A stretch of 62,845 bases of DNA, counting the filler, from Choristocarpus tenellus KU-1152 (Eukaryota > Protista > Phaeophyceae), in the NCBI GenBank assembly GCA_964200185.2. It is 11 parts of 11 records of this genome, joined end to end, with 100 filler letters (N's around TTAATTAATTAA, not from the genome) between each part and the next. Parts side by side here need not be neighbours in the genome. Positions count along the whole stretch, not along the records: positions 1 to 9,450 come from CAXNAD020003666.1; positions 9,551 to 12,055 come from CAXNAD020027243.1; positions 12,156 to 15,931 come from CAXNAD020017985.1; 8 more parts are not named here. One strand, 5' to 3'. The notes beneath the pieces are model-generated. The model saw only the letters and a program-made list of their open reading frames with translations, had not been told where the DNA came from and ran no database searches. Every line of letters begins with the position of its first letter. The stretch's first letter is position 1. This document shows positions 1-13,846 of this stretch, piece after piece. A program made the position numbers and the translations under genes.

Positions 1-196
1 GTGGCAGGGGGCTCTCCCCCCATCAACCACACAAAACCAAAAAACCCCCCCCCCCCCCCCCCTACCAAAAAAAAGGCAGCCCTCGTGTGTTTAAAAAAAA
101 AAAAAGAAAAAAAGAAAAAAAGAAAAAAAAAGAAGACGGAACAGCTCTGCTATTCAGATCATATGGCAACACAGCTAACACCGATGCTTGACCCAC

Positions 197-3100
197 CTAG
201 CACGGTCATACTCCTTACAGCGTTCCTCAAAGTGGGCAAAGGAGCTAAACAGCTTCTCAGTCTTCTCGTCATCTGCAAGCTCTGCCAAGGCCCGCTCATA
301 AACCCCCCTAAAAAGCCCCGTGGACAAAGGAGATGGAAGGAGGGGAGGGGGGAGGTGGGCGGGTAAGGCACAGGGACTTGTGGAGTGCTTGAAAGAGCTA
401 GTAAGGTCCTACATTGCATGCACTTACACAGATGTGTTGACTTTCTTTCCATCAGGGGCTATGTATGGGTGGGGGATGCAAGGGGGGGGGGAGCTGTAAG
501 GTTGCTGCTGGTATGCACCAAGAGACAAGTTCAAAAATCAGACCAACGGGAGTGTTATGTAATTTCCTCTTTAAAAAAAAGTAACAGCTGAAAGACGGAT
601 TATCTAATAAGCCAATCAATGACACCTATCAACACTCCCTGTGCAACTCCAAAATAACAATACTACTAATTATTAATGATAATAAAAATACACTTCTCAG
701 TTCAGCATAACTTGAAACACTCTATGAGATTAAAAAAAAGAACCAGATAGATAGACTAAAGAGGCAAATTTTGCTGAGATTTATATTTCAGGGCAAAATC
801 TCAAAAAAAAAAGCGCTTTGGTAAGACCCCCACAACAAAATAAAAAACATCTGATACCAGTTCTATTTTTACAATTAGACGACAACCTGCCCCTCAAACT
901 GTTTTAAAACTGATGTTGAGTTCATTAAGTACTGCACCTCACCATACATGAATAAAAATAATAAGAACAATACATACATAGCTTCAATACTACTTACTAG
1001 TAATTACCAATAAAAATAAATAGCACCAATACTACTTACTGGTAATCAAATACCACTACCAACACTAACCCCCTGCTATCATCAGATAAGTACACTCAAC
1101 GTCTCCTTTCAACCCTAACCCTTTCAACACTCTCCCTTGCACGCCTACCCAAGGTGCCCTCTCTTTTTTCTCAAGTCTCCAATCTAAAGTCCAACATTTT
1201 TCACAACAACCAAACCCATTAAAAAAAACAACACAAGGTCACTGTCGTCAAATATTTCTTCTGTCACTCAAACCCCCCTCCCCTCCCCCCCCCCATCCAA
1301 CATCCCCGCACTGCCTTGCCCTGCCCATTCTCATAGCTATGGAAGGCCTCTAACCTTGCCAGAGACAGTTGAGACTGCTTGTCCTCCCAGCGAGCCCACT
1401 TCAGGTATGCCCTGAGGTGCGGATGAACTTCAACATATCGTTGAAAAACGGTCCTATTTCAACAGTGTGTGGGGGAGAGTGGATGGGGGAAGGGTGTGGG
1501 AGGGTGTGTGTGTGTGTGTGTGTGGGGGGGGGGTAATCAACATCTATTGTGCTCAGGGGGTTTGAACTTCAGACTGGTGTTTCCAAGCCCTCTTATTGTG
1601 GTAGGAGATCAATGTGAATTAATTCAAAAGATGGATCCACACAGTCTCGACTCAAGGGGCTTCCAGATGTTCATTCCATTATTATTATTATTATTATTTG
1701 CAAACAGTTCCATGACCGGTGTGCGTTGTTCATTAACTATTAGTCAAAGGCACATCCCGTACAAATAAATAATAATACAATGGGGGCTAGGGGACGAAAT
1801 CGATCGATCAACAATTCTTTATTTATTTTTTGACAAAATTCACGAAAGGAAAAGTTAAAACAGAAAAAAATAAACTAAATCACAATTGCTTGATGAGGTA
1901 GAGAAGAAAAGGCGAATCCCGGCTACACATGCACATCTCCATCTCTCTCTGTTCGTGTCTGTGTCTGTTAGGGTTAGGGTTAGTACACACATATATACTC
2001 TGCATTACACTGTACACTAAATATACGCATGTAACCTGACAATTCAAATACGAAATGCCATTCAGTGAAAAAAAACGCCATCCCCACATCATGACAAAAC
2101 AGAATAATGAAAATATCAAACGATGTCAACAAAGATTATAATAACTACACTACTAAAAAAATATATAAATAAGTAACAAAATGAATAATAATGATAATAA
2201 AAATATCAGTAACAGTAGAGGTGACACTATTACTCCGCCCCCCCCCCAACCCATATATATATATATGTGCTAGATAAATCAATGTAATCAACAAACAGTA
2301 GTAATTAAACCAACTCAGCACTAACCTGTGTGACTCAAAAAGCCTGTAAGATGCAATCCAACTCGCAATCTTAATCACATTAAAAAAAATAATCAGAGGC
2401 AGTAGTGAGACCCCAACCATAACCCCACACCATAAAAAAACAAAAACATATCACAATAGAGATTTTTTTTTTTTCCCAAAGCACTCCCACGCAATACATA
2501 CCGTATCTCTCTCTCTCTTTCTCTAAAAAAAGACTTCTCCATTCGCCCTATAGCCCTAGTCCCAAAAAGATGTGCAATATTAAACAATGCAGTAGACGGA
2601 ATAAAATTTCAAGGCACATATTGGATGTACAGCACAAATCACGCCTTCCACCTTCCTAGAGGAAAGTGAGTCGGACGGAAGCCTTTCATTGGTCAATCAT
2701 TCCCTCTCCCTCCTCCTCCTCCTCCTCCTCCTCACAGTACTATCCATGGTGGACAGATCATGGGAATTGAAAGCGAATGACTAACTGACTCAACGGTCAC
2801 CACTACCACACCACACCAAACCACAAACACCGACAAAGAAGGTAACTGCTCAGCGTCACTCCAAATGGGGAGGCTGACTCAACTCCCATTTAATTTATAT
2901 TTTACCCTATAAACCTAACCCTAACACTAACCCTGATCCTAAATATATATATATATTTTTCCCAAATGGAGTTGAAATAAAAAAAGAGAAAGCGGCATCG
3001 GCCAGAGGAGTGGGAAGAGACTTCGAATACATCATGACCTGTAACAAGAACAAAAAAAGGCTTTGAGATTTATTTTTTGCCTCAACCGGAAATACAATAC

Positions 3101-6100
3101 CCTAACCCTAACCCCAAAATGCTTTCATTAAAAAAAACATCGATAAAACTATTTGTCCACCAGAGAGTCGCTCGTGTTTGCCCTATAACCCTAACCCTAA
3201 CATGAAAAACATTGAATTAACCCTAATAATCTTAACCATTAAAAAACTTTAACGCCTACCTCCCAACTCTTACCTCAAGTTTTTTTTAATTACATCAAGC
3301 TGAGGGAGCAAATTTTTCTCAACCTGACAATCAGCATTAGGTTTTACTCCACAGGTATGATTACAATTAGGGGGTGTGGTCCCTAACCCTTAAGAGTAAT
3401 CCTCCACTTCAAAGAATTAAAAAAAAAAAAATTCAAAAAGGCATTCCTATTCCCAAGAACAAGGTGTCACATTACTACTTCAAAGTCATGTACTACTATC
3501 AATTTTATTATTGTTGTCTTACTAACATTACATTACTACTTCAAAGTCATGTACTACTATCAATTTTATTATTACTCTCTCACTAACATTACATTACTAC
3601 TTCAAAGTCATGCACTAATAACAATCTCATTGTATTAGTAGTACTATTACTTCACTACTTAAGAACTACACATTATCATCACTTTATTATTATATTACTA
3701 CATCACCAATATTTCTTGTTACAACTACTACTATTGCTCAAACTACAGAGTGTATTTTCACAATCTAACCCTAACCCTTAAAACATGGTACAATAGTACA
3801 ACCGCCAAAACACCCCTCAAGTACAAGGCATCAAATTTCACCTGGCCTTGGCGGGCAGCTCCTGTCTCATTTCAAACTTGACATAAGCATTCCAAGCATT
3901 ATCCTCCGGCTGCCATTCCATCCAGCGCTCAAAAATAGATCTCGCCTTGGCTCCATTCCCCAACATCTCCTGCAGCATAACCCCCCAAACCCCCCACACC
4001 CCCCCACCCACACCCAACAAACCCCCACCCCCACAACACCAAACAACAAAAAACCCAAAAACACGTCTCGCCTTGGCTCCATTCCCCAACATCTCCTGCA
4101 GCATAACCCCCCCCCCCCCCCCCCGCCCCAAAAAACACAAACACATTCACACACATACACAAGATTGAAGTACAGTAAAGGTTGAGTGCAACCGGCACTA
4201 TACAGAGTTGGTGCAAGCAGCACCATCAACTGAGTCGTGTGTCATAGCGTGGGGATTCTGAAGTGAGAGAGTTTCAGTAGCTTAACTCTACTACCTACAT
4301 CGCAGTGCCTGTCCAATCTACACAATTCTGCTCTCTAACCTACAATAACACTAGTACTACCACAAACATTGCTTTTCACCTTTCATGCATGCCCACTACA
4401 GTACAAAACAATACCTAACAAAAAAAAAAGTTGTGCCGTTTCTTTCGTTTTGTTTTTTGGAACAACCGGGAAGGCGGTTATTTTATAATAGACAATAATA
4501 AATAACACAAAACTGCACTGGTTACGTTTTGGACCAAACAGGAAGGCAGTTTTGAGCACAGCACACATACACCACCATGCTCCAGGAAGGTCATGTTGAG
4601 GTGAGGTGTTGCCTGCATTTGTCTAATACAATAGCCATACTCTGAACCCTAACCCTATTATAACAGAAACAGTCCTCCGTGCGATTCATTGTTTCTAAGT
4701 CCACGGACAGATATATATACATTACATCAAAAAGAAAATACAGAGTGGTGTGTTTGCAGCAAAAAAATGCCAATTTCAATAGCAACACCAGATCAGAACC
4801 AGCCAGTAGTAATAGCAGAGGTCACACATCCGAAAAGGACCCGGTACATACCCAATCAGGACAATTTTTCTTACAGGTTACTGATACAGAAGATTCCACA
4901 AACCAAACTCTAAACACACCACAGTAAACAAACATCACACCAGAGTCGACACAGCACAATGTAGTACCTCAGGCGCAACAAACCGAACACAACCTTGAAC
5001 GACCAAGAGCATACAACCTTGAACCAGTAAAAGTACACAACCTTGAACCACAGTACTACAGACCTACCTCCATGTATGCGTACTTGTACCAGAACTGGTC
5101 CACCCTCGGGAGAAGGGCCACAGCACGGTCCCACACATTCCGAGCATGATTGACAAACTTGCTGCGCATCTCAAACTCAGCATACCGTAGCCATATCGTC
5201 TGAGGGGACGAGATGGATCGGATCAGGCGTTCGAGGAAGAGGGGCGTTTGGGCTACCATCCCAGTGTTTGTGTGTGTTCAGGTGTGGGGGGTGGGGGGAG
5301 GGGGTGGTTGATAAAAGAGAGGTGGAGTCAAGGGATCTATTGCGGTTGATTAGAAAATAACTTGATGAGTGTCATTCCAAGGATGCACGAATGCTTTGAA
5401 GTAGTAATGAACAGAAGAGTAGGGGTAATAATGGCATCTGTTAGGTCAAAACACATGGAGGGTTCTATTGGCACTTGAGCAACAATTCCTACTACAGTCT
5501 ACTGCAGAGCAGTGCAAGCCGAAACCATACATTCATAAGCGGGTACTGCAGAAGAGGAAAGGGGGAACCGACCCCGATGGAACTCTCCTTCGCCATCCAA
5601 AACAAAAAACCCTAGTAAGATCTGACACTTACGAGCCACATGTAACTATCCACAGCAGTTGAAATAATACTACTCCATTGAGTACTTGATCTACTTCAAA
5701 GAAATTGGGGGATTAAAACTCACCTGGTTGCGGTAATCTACATCCAGAGCACGTTCGTAGACACTCCTGGCACGCTCGAATTCCTTCTGTGACTCTTCCC
5801 AAGAGGCGTACTTTAGCCAGTTGCCAATGTGCTCGCGCTGTTTGCGGATAGTGTCTTCAAACTGGATAGGGTCGGGGTCGTGTGAAGGGACCGAGGAATG
5901 AGTTATTATTGAAAAGGGGGATGGGGGTTCATTAGGGATGTTCCATAGGTGCTCGTTCATAGCCCTTGCTTTCCGCAATTTACACATTCGTGATCCAGCG
6001 ATCGAGGGGTTCAGAAAGGCCAGGATGGGGGTGGAAATTGTACGTGCAAGAGAGAATTATGAACGCCAAGGGCATGAGGGGTTCATCTTCTGAATTACAG

Positions 6101-6644
6101 TAGAGCCACACGGATTATAATACTCCCAGACATTTGTCACGGTGAAGTAACCACCTCCCTGCTCACAAAGAGGGTTTGCCTCGAAATTGAGATGAATGCC
6201 GAAACTATCAGAAAGAATCCTTGGGCATGAGGCCTCTACATCACTACCAGGAATATTGAAAAGACAGATATACTAATAACAATAAGCACCCTTCATATCC
6301 AAGGCAATAAGGGCAACGTTTAGGGTTATTCTACTCGAGGGACAGTGTTCTCCTGCACTCCTGTCTATCTATAACAAAACCACTACAACTACTACGACAT
6401 AAGGAGGTGGACACAGCACCCAAAGATGGCTCTGGTACTACCTACATTCGATTGTGTGGTCCATTCTTACCTCCTTACGCTTACGCATGCGGAAGACCCG
6501 GAGCTCTTCCTCATCAGTGATCTGCTGCCTTGGTGCTTTGACCTCAACATCGAGCTGTCTATCCTTGGCCTCTCGAAGGATTTGCTCGGCGGTGATTTGG
6601 ATAGATGCCGGAGCGCGGTTCTTCGCCTGTACGTTACGAGACAT
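197..6644 (-). CDS. CRNKL1: Crooked neck / CLF1 / SYF3 HAT-repeat pre-mRNA splicing factor, 5' part (continues beyond window start). Exons 6644-6471, 5861-5724, 5199-5068, 3969-3842, 1453-1355, 307-197
   Basis: Spliced translation [26 protein letters not shown]...[57 protein letters not shown]...[36 protein letters not shown]. All GT-AG introns with consistent phases. Confidence 0.96.
3470..3615. repeat. About 60-bp tandem repeat (about 2.3 units) in a CRN intron
   Basis: CATTACTACTTCAAAGTCATG recurs at about 3470, 3531 and 3592. Confidence 0.85.
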
Positions 6645-6993
6645 GTTCGCTGTGTGTACCTCCTTTGCAGGAATGGCGATATCTTAGGAGTCGTCGTACC
6701 AAGTTTCAAGACCTCTGCACAGAAGTCGACACTGGTATGAACCGGCCTCCAGAAGGCCTTCTCCAATTTCTCTTGCCTCGCCGACAGTAACGCAAATACC
6801 TGATCGACTGATAAGTAAAATAAAATAGACTCTCCCTCCCGCCCTGTAGAAAGTTTGACGTTTAGGGGAGAGCAAGGTTGTGATCGTTCTCCTCCTCTAC
6901 TCAAGGAATATCGTGGAAAGGCCTTCTAACTCTTTAATAACACCCACCCTTTGTTTTGGTTTGATTAACCTCTCCACAAGGATCGTTAAGAGG
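6645..6993. promoter_or_regulatory. Probable bidirectional promoter and 5' UTRs between CRN and FabF/OXSM
   Basis: Divergent start codons (6644 minus, 6994 plus) are only about 350 bp apart. No specific motif identified. Confidence 0.55.
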
Positions 6994-8204
6994 ATGCCGT
7001 TCCTTACTCCGCCACCTCTGCTGGCTCAGCGACGTGTTGTAGTCACAGGAATAGGGTCAGTAAGTCCTCTTGGGCGTGGTATTCAAGAGACATGGACAAA
7101 CCTCCTTGCCGGGAAGTGTGGGATCAAGAGTATGCTTCCAACTAAGTCAGCTAGACCTCCCTTGAAGGTGATTGGCAAACCGATACACCTCCTCGTGTCC
7201 CCTTCACGTTGCTTTTCTCGTAATTTTGATATTGATGGTAACTGTTAGCGACGCTTTGTCCTCCTAATATGAGACCGATGTACCACTGAAGGATGCTTTT
7301 GGCATTCTGTTGATGTCGCATGACATTCATACTTGGCAATTACGGATGAGCACCGATGCAAAGATGGGGCAGGACGTAGGTTATGTATATACTTCATTAT
7401 GATGGAAACGTTCACCTTTTCCTACCCAAAAAGGTATCGGAGAGGGCGAGCACGTTTCCGACCTGCCTAGCTGCTGAGGTGACCAAAAGCGATAAGGAAG
7501 ACGAGTATCCTTCAGGCACACCGTACTTTATTCAATACGGTAAGACCAATTGTGTCTATCAATGCCGATCTATGTTATATGCAATCTAAGACACATTGAA
7601 GTTTAGAGCGTATCCCCTTTCATCGCCCTTCGATGATGGTCACTCTTTTTTTGCATTGCTCCTACCGCATTCTTCCATTCCTCATGACGAAACGATATCC
7701 GGCGTAAATCAGATTGGAACGCATTGTTAATGCAACATCTTCTTATTGCACTGGACACAGCATTTGAGACGTCCAGTCACCCTTTCTTGTCCCCCTGTAG
7801 CATTGGAGGCGGCAGAGGAGGCACTAGCAATGTCTGGATGGAAAGCAGCTTGTGACGAGGAACGATGCCGGGCAGGCGTGGCAATTGGCTCTGGAATAGG
7901 TGGAATATCCTGAGAGCATGGTGTGGCACTCGTTGTCTGTGTTTTGTGTGAGATGTGGTGGGCAACAATGACTTTGTGGTGCCTGAAGTCATCCTTAACT
8001 TGTTCTTAGAATGATGTGTTTCTTGTTTTCCATCCCCGGAACATGACCCTGCTTTTCCCCCCACAGTCTCTAACCACCCCAGTGTATGCAATGTACACAC
8101 ACGTGCCACCCTTTGCACAAAGGCTCACTGGTGGATGTGGCAGAGGCATATGAAACAATGGACAACAAAGGCTACCGAGGTATCACACCTAGGTTTATCC
8201 CCAG
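6994..8204 (+). CDS. 3-oxoacyl-ACP synthase II (FabF/mitochondrial OXSM-like), 5' part. Exons 6994-7167, 7434-7539, 7801-7899, 8123-8204
   Basis: RRVVVTGIGSVSPLG...TWTNLLAGKCGI; FPTCLAAEV...FIQYALEAAEEALAMSGW...RAGVAIGSGIGSL...ITPRFIP. Phases are consistent; the exon 1 donor is the least certain. Confidence 0.88.
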
Positions 8205-9450
8205 GTACCTGTAGTTGCTAGCATAGGGGGAGAGGGGGAAGAACTATATTGCACAAGATTTTGTTTGTGCTTATCTTGTATCTATTTGGGTGCTTGACAT
8301 GCGCTCAAGGTGCAGCTCTTTGTCTTGACCTGGTGTTGCTGCTGAGCCAAGGCTTTGTCAATTGGATTGCAAAAATTCCAATTGATGTTGAGGGTACAAA
8401 AGACCATCGGGTGGCGTTTCAGGACAGGGTCTCTCTCCTTGCAGCACTACTGCAGACGCCTATTGTGAACCTAATAGATCGGTCCAGTACCTGGCAATAA
8501 CAAGATAATAAACAGTTTGGTAGTGTTGTAGATCATGTTGACTGATGGGCTATAATGTTTGTGTGTGTGTGTGTGTATTCAGATAGTGTTCATGGAGGGC
8601 AGAGGGCGGTGCTTTCGTGTTCTTTTTCCCTTCTAGCAGGACAGGACAGTAGCCAGTAGGAGACATGTTCAATTTGTTAACAGTATGATTACCCAAGATG
8701 CTCAAGATGTGAAGTGTGATGGGGTGCATCAACAGCAGGAAATGGTTACTACTTTGAGTAATACCATCTAAGAGAAGGGTCTTGAGTTTTTTATGGACAC
8801 CTACGACTGCATCATGGTGTGTGTATTTTGAGTACTTTGGAGGATACTTTCAGCTGACAACATGTTCACGGCTAATTTTTCCCTTCTAGTCACACCATTG
8901 TTAGGGTGAGTTGCCTGAATCCCAGGCATGGGGCTTGGTGTATATTACTCAAGATTCAAAATAAAGAGCCTTAAAAACTCAAAAAGGGCCAAAACCAACC
9001 CCCCTATTGGATGGTCTCGTCCTTTTTTTTGTGAGATTATCGCTCATAGAACTTCAACATCAACTACTTTTTTTCTGAACTAACGCACAACGGGGTGGGA
9101 ATGGGATGAAGGGTTAAGGCAGGGGATGGGTGTTCTGTCAGGTTGCCTTCCTCCCCTGGCTTGTGGGAACAGAAGTGTTGTGGTTTGCCAGTGAAGCTGC
9201 AGGAGGGTGCGATGGTCTTAGTAAAGAGTATTATCTATTGTCGTGTTGGAACTAGTGAGGAGTACCACTTCAAACGTCTCTAAGAATGAGAACAGATCAC
9301 GGGGTGAAGAGGTTGGTGTATTTACACTGGAGAGAGAGAGTTTGATACGCAGTAGAACCTACCGCGCTTGAAGTCCCAGTCCAAATGTTGTAGATGATGG
9401 GGAGATTGCAAACACGCCATCCATGTTGAGAGGTCCCACACAAGGAGGGG

Positions 9451-9550
9451 NNNNNNNNNNNNNNNNNNNNNNNNNNNNNNNNNNNNNNNNNNNNTTAATT
9501 AATTAANNNNNNNNNNNNNNNNNNNNNNNNNNNNNNNNNNNNNNNNNNNN
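9451..9550. other. Artificial contig spacer N44-TTAATTAATTAA-N44
   Basis: Fixed 100-bp N-flanked all-frame stop cassette, repeated identically ten times. Confidence 0.97.
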
Positions 9551-9562
9551 GGGCTGGGGGGG

Positions 9563-9598
<36 letters not shown>

Positions 9599-10498
9599 TG
9601 ATTGCTGTTGAAGAATTAAGTATCATACCTGGTGGTCTTCACTTAATGGGACTTCCCCCTAAGAAGGGTGATGCTTTTTCGAGGTTTGGGGTTGTTACTC
9701 AAGGAAGGGGAGAGGTGATACGCTGAGGATATTTGATGGGGACATTTTATTTATATTTATGCTTCTATGGTTCGTTGTACACACAATTTTACAGGGTTGA
9801 CCAAACATGCACACAAGACCCTTAAGGTACCTGTGACTTCCTCATGGTCATGGAAGTCCAAATGCAATATAATGTGCACATGGAGATGGACACTTCGTCT
9901 ATGGCATACAGATATGCCATGTGTCTAAAGCAACCATACCAACCCTGTTGATGTAGGAATTCAACAAGGAGGGTCGGAAATCGAGCTCATCGTTCCTCAT
10001 GACCTGTTGTTTCTATCTCCAACATTTACCCTTGTTTTGTGAACTATTGGCTAACATGCTGAGAGGTCAGAATGAGAGAGTTGACATGCACCCAATGCCT
10101 TCGTTTGATGTTGTCTCTCGTATCTAGTGTCTTGTGCAAGTATTTTGTGTGGAATCGATTGAAAGGGGTCGTAAACCACGTTACGTTGTGCATGATATGG
10201 TCCCAGGTGACTTCGTTGCTGTGCGGAGTCACCTATGTGGTATCCCTATACAAAGAGACATCATTCGTTCCTACTAGTACTACTACTACTACTACTACTG
10301 TTTTTGTCTTCAACATTGTTGGAGATCGTTACTACTGGTATATGAATCAACACGCCATCGACAACAATAAGAAAATACGGTACAATAGAGAATCGGAGGG
10401 ATAACCCTTACCAATTGGCACGCCTTTATACCAATGCAGTGACTTGAACACGAATATAACTAGGTCGAGTTTGGATTGCTGACTGGACTGTTTTCATC

Positions 10499-11945
10499 AT
10501 GCTTGCACGCTTGCCTGCGTCTATGCGCTCGATATTGTACCCATTGTCTGTGAAATCTAGCGCTGCCTCTAGAACTGGCGGTGAACAACTTGGCTGGACT
10601 TCTTTCAAGAGGACAGGAAGATGCTATTTCACTGGCACACGCCCAGCACAAATGTACGTTCCAATGGTTGTGGAGCAAACACGCCGAGGAGAGCGTATGC
10701 ACGATATCTACTCAAGGCTACTTAGGGTGAGATATGATCCACAACTTTGCCGTATTTTCCTTTTTGTGGAACCTACACTTGTTTATTTTGGGCCTGCTGA
10801 AGTATGAATGACCCCATGTGCATTCCACCCAAAACCCTAGGTGGCATTGTGCTTTGCGTTCTGTTATAGACCTATATTGATAAATGACTTAATCATGTAC
10901 TGGATGATCTCCAATTAAACGCCCGCTATCGAAGTTCGGTTTTGTTGTGTCGACTGTACATGTCCTACCTACCACGCTCGCATGTATCCTTATTCCCTCT
11001 CCTTGACAATGTCAACCCCTCACAAATGTAGGAAAGGATCATATACCTTCATGGGACGATCACCGAGCATCTTTCCTCTCTCGTGACAGCGCAGCTGCTA
11101 TACCTCGAATCGGAAGACCCCGAGCGACCCATAAACATGTACATCAACAGGTGGGCTGTTTGGGATCAGTCCGAAGTTCAGGTCAACTACTCTCTCGAAT
11201 GTGGTCCTTCAGTATGAATACTAACTGGGGAAAATGCCCACGTTTCTTTTACCACCACCAATACTTGGCTGTCTGTTTTTAAGTGCACCATTCCGTCTCG
11301 TTCGATGCGAGACAGCCGATCGTTGAAAGTTGGGATTGAGTGCTGAACAGTGTAGTCGCACATCCGTCCCTATAATTTTGCGAACCTGTACAATGTTTCG
11401 CACACCAAGTATGCTCTTCTCCAACACCCTATTCTCCCATGTAGTATGTAGTGGCTGCGATCAACCTGACATGACGTCAGGGCCAAACCTCGTCAGTACT
11501 AGCATCAACAACGCACAGCAAAATTGACACTCTCTACTGCCCCTTTATCTCCTTCCTTAGCCCATGTCAATGTCACGTTCAACCCCCATTTAGAATCATT
11601 CTCTTCTTCCCACCCACCCCACCATCCCTCCCTTCCCGTCCTTTTTTTATCTTAAAGGTTCTCCCCATCCCCTTTCCCTTTTCCTATCCAACCTACTCGC
11701 TCTCTCTCTCTCTCTCCACACAAAACTCCAATGCCCATCCTTTTTTGCCTATTACTCCCCATGCCCCCAATGCCCAATCCTGAAGCCCTGGCGGCGTGGT
11801 GACAGCAGGCCTGGCTGTGTATGACACAATGCAGTACATCCAGCCAGACATTGCAACCATTGTAATGGGTCAGGCGGCTTCCATGGGGTCTCTCCTTCTC
11901 ACCGCCGGCACACCCGGAATGCGCTCTGCACTGCCCAACTCCAAG
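10499..11945 (+). CDS. CLPP: Clp protease proteolytic subunit, probably mitochondrial, 3' end lost at contig end. Exons 10499-10726, 11032-11150, 11786-11945
   Basis: [31 protein letters not shown]...[39 protein letters not shown]...[11 protein letters not shown] (catalytic Ser motif). R/S-rich N-terminal extension resembles a transit peptide. Confidence 0.95.
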
Positions 11946-12055
11946 GTGAGATCTAGGGGGGGGGGGGGGGGGGGGCAGAAGGACAAGCAGGAGCAAAGTG
12001 GGGTGTTTTTTTTTCAGCCGGGCGCGGGAAATTATCCTGTCTGTCGTTAAAAAAA

Positions 12056-12155
12056 NNNNNNNNNNNNNNNNNNNNNNNNNNNNNNNNNNNNNNNNNNNNT
12101 TAATTAATTAANNNNNNNNNNNNNNNNNNNNNNNNNNNNNNNNNNNNNNNNNNNN
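12056..12155. other. Artificial contig spacer
   Basis: N44-TTAATTAATTAA-N44. Confidence 0.97.
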
Positions 12156-12180
12156 AGAGAAGGAGGCACACAATACTACA

Positions 12181-12183
<3 letters not shown>

Positions 12184-12212
<29 letters not shown>

Positions 12213-12360
12213 TCTAAACCAGGGTGTCCATTTGGACCAAAATCAAGAAAAGTGCATTTACATTATCCATCCAATATATGCAACCAAGTCACACAAAAAT
12301 CGCAACATGAAAAAATTGACCGCAAATGGACAGTCGCCACCCCCCCTGAGATACTTTGAG
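12184..12360. mobile_element. MITE family B, left outer box missing
   Basis: poly-G...CCAGGGTGTCCATTTGG...AAAATCGCAACAT...CAAATGGAC-17 bp-AGATACTTTGAG; matches the 55442 copy. Confidence 0.88.
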
Positions 12361-12364
12361 GTTT

Positions 12365-12970
12365 CACTAGTGCTAGCCTGCTGCTGGAGTCAGTATGGGC
12401 AAGGGGTCGATGCATGGGCCCCTACACAACTCTTAGAACCAGCATGCCAGATTCTTTAACGGAGTTAGACTTGCATCAGCAGATCTCCAAGGAGGGAGGA
12501 GATCGTACCCAGCGGGTGCCTGCTGACTGGGTGCATGAGGCAAAATGTCGACACCTGACATGCCCGCACCTGCCTGCCCTAGGGCAGGAGGACAAGTACA
12601 CCAGCATGCGCCTATGGTGAAACGCCTAGGCTAATTAATTCTTTATGAGAATGGGGACCCCTTGCACTATGGAGGATGGCAGTCCGTTTGCAGTGGACCG
12701 GAACTTCTGTATGGATGTGATTTTCCATGCTAAGGCACTCTCAGATGCTGACTCAGCTCCCTATTGAGACTAAGGCCTCCTTCTCAATATTGCCTTTGCA
12801 GAGGTACAAGCAGCCTGTCACTTACAACATTAATTAATTCACTAGCAATGCTGTAGCTACTGGTGCAGCCATGGCGCGAAAGTGCACCTACTAGGGATCT
12901 TTTGACCCTCGTAGTTTTAAGGGTAACACCTTTGTGGTGGAAGTTTTGGATGCTTTGGAAAGGAGCGGGG
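12365..12970 (+). mobile_element. Degenerate 3' part of an RLE-type (CRE-like) non-LTR retrotransposon
   Basis: Colinear with the reverse complement of 45780-46320. Remnant peptide ...RHLTCP...MEDGSPFAVDRNFCMDVIF... fits a zinc knuckle followed by a PD-(D/E)xK endonuclease. Stops and frameshifts present. Confidence 0.6.
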
Positions 12971-13283
12971 AGCCACAAATGTATTGTGCAAACACTCAAA
13001 TGTGACTAAATCATGATGATAACAGTTCATCATCCGAATTACTTCAAAGTAGTGCAGTCACAGTACTACTTACTATACAAATGCCCAATTAGACTTGCTC
13101 ATTGATTGAAGCTACTACTACTTGCAAAATACAGATGTAACTTGTTCAGGTGTTCTCCTGCGGATTGTTGGGGGAGAACTTCACCGGGATACACTACATG
13201 AGGTGGTAACGTAGAGAGTGAAGTCAGCTTTATGTAGCACTTAATTTGAGGGTCTGCTTCACTCAAGCCAAATACTCCCTCTG

Positions 13284-13377
13284 TCCCATAGGTCTGTGCT
13301 GTTAAATTGTAGCTCTTCGAGATGACCTCCAATTACAAAATGGATTTTTGCATTGGGTTCCTCAGAATATTCTACAT
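13284..13377 (-). repeat. Inverted partial copy of the about 157-bp unit
   Basis: Reverse complement reads GTAGAATATTC...AAGAGCTACAATTTAACAGCACAGACCTATGGGA, matching 14062-14152. Confidence 0.85.
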
Positions 13378-13846
13378 TAAATAAATATATTATATAAATA
13401 TGCAAGCATATCGTTTTTCGCAAGTCGATCTACTTTGACCGCTCTAGCCAACCCACCCTCCCACTTCCTCTTTTTGGTCCCCATTTACTCTACCTTGAAA
13501 TCGTTCCCCCCTAGCACTCTTAACACCTGATTGTACCTCTGAAGCAGATTCTGCCACACCCTCTCACGTGTGTCTGCATTGTACGCGTGGAACATGCTTC
13601 AAACCCTTTCTACAAGTTCATCAACGGTGTCATAATGCTCCGCCCAAATCCTGCTCTTCAGGGATACGAAAAACCCAAATAATTGATGTTGAGATCCTGT
13701 TCCCTTGCTGTCAATACAGCGGGCTGTTGGAGAGGTATGCGCTCAAGTGCTTACCAGCCAGGTTGTGAGAGTGGTGGGTGAGTCCACACTGCACCACAAC
13801 CATTAAAAGATGGGACCGAATATTCCCCATTCTGTGTTCCATTATT

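Noticed and set aside
1-366. Lys/Pro-rich 121-aa plus-strand ORF and similar short ORFs in the track
   Set aside because: They derive from homopolymer intron sequence or antisense of real exons; MITE-internal ORFs such as 35167-35634 and 62233-62526 are not conserved in frame between copies
9451-9550. TTAATTAATTAA palindrome recurring ten times
   Set aside because: Always centred in exactly 44+44 Ns; it is an artificial all-frame stop linker
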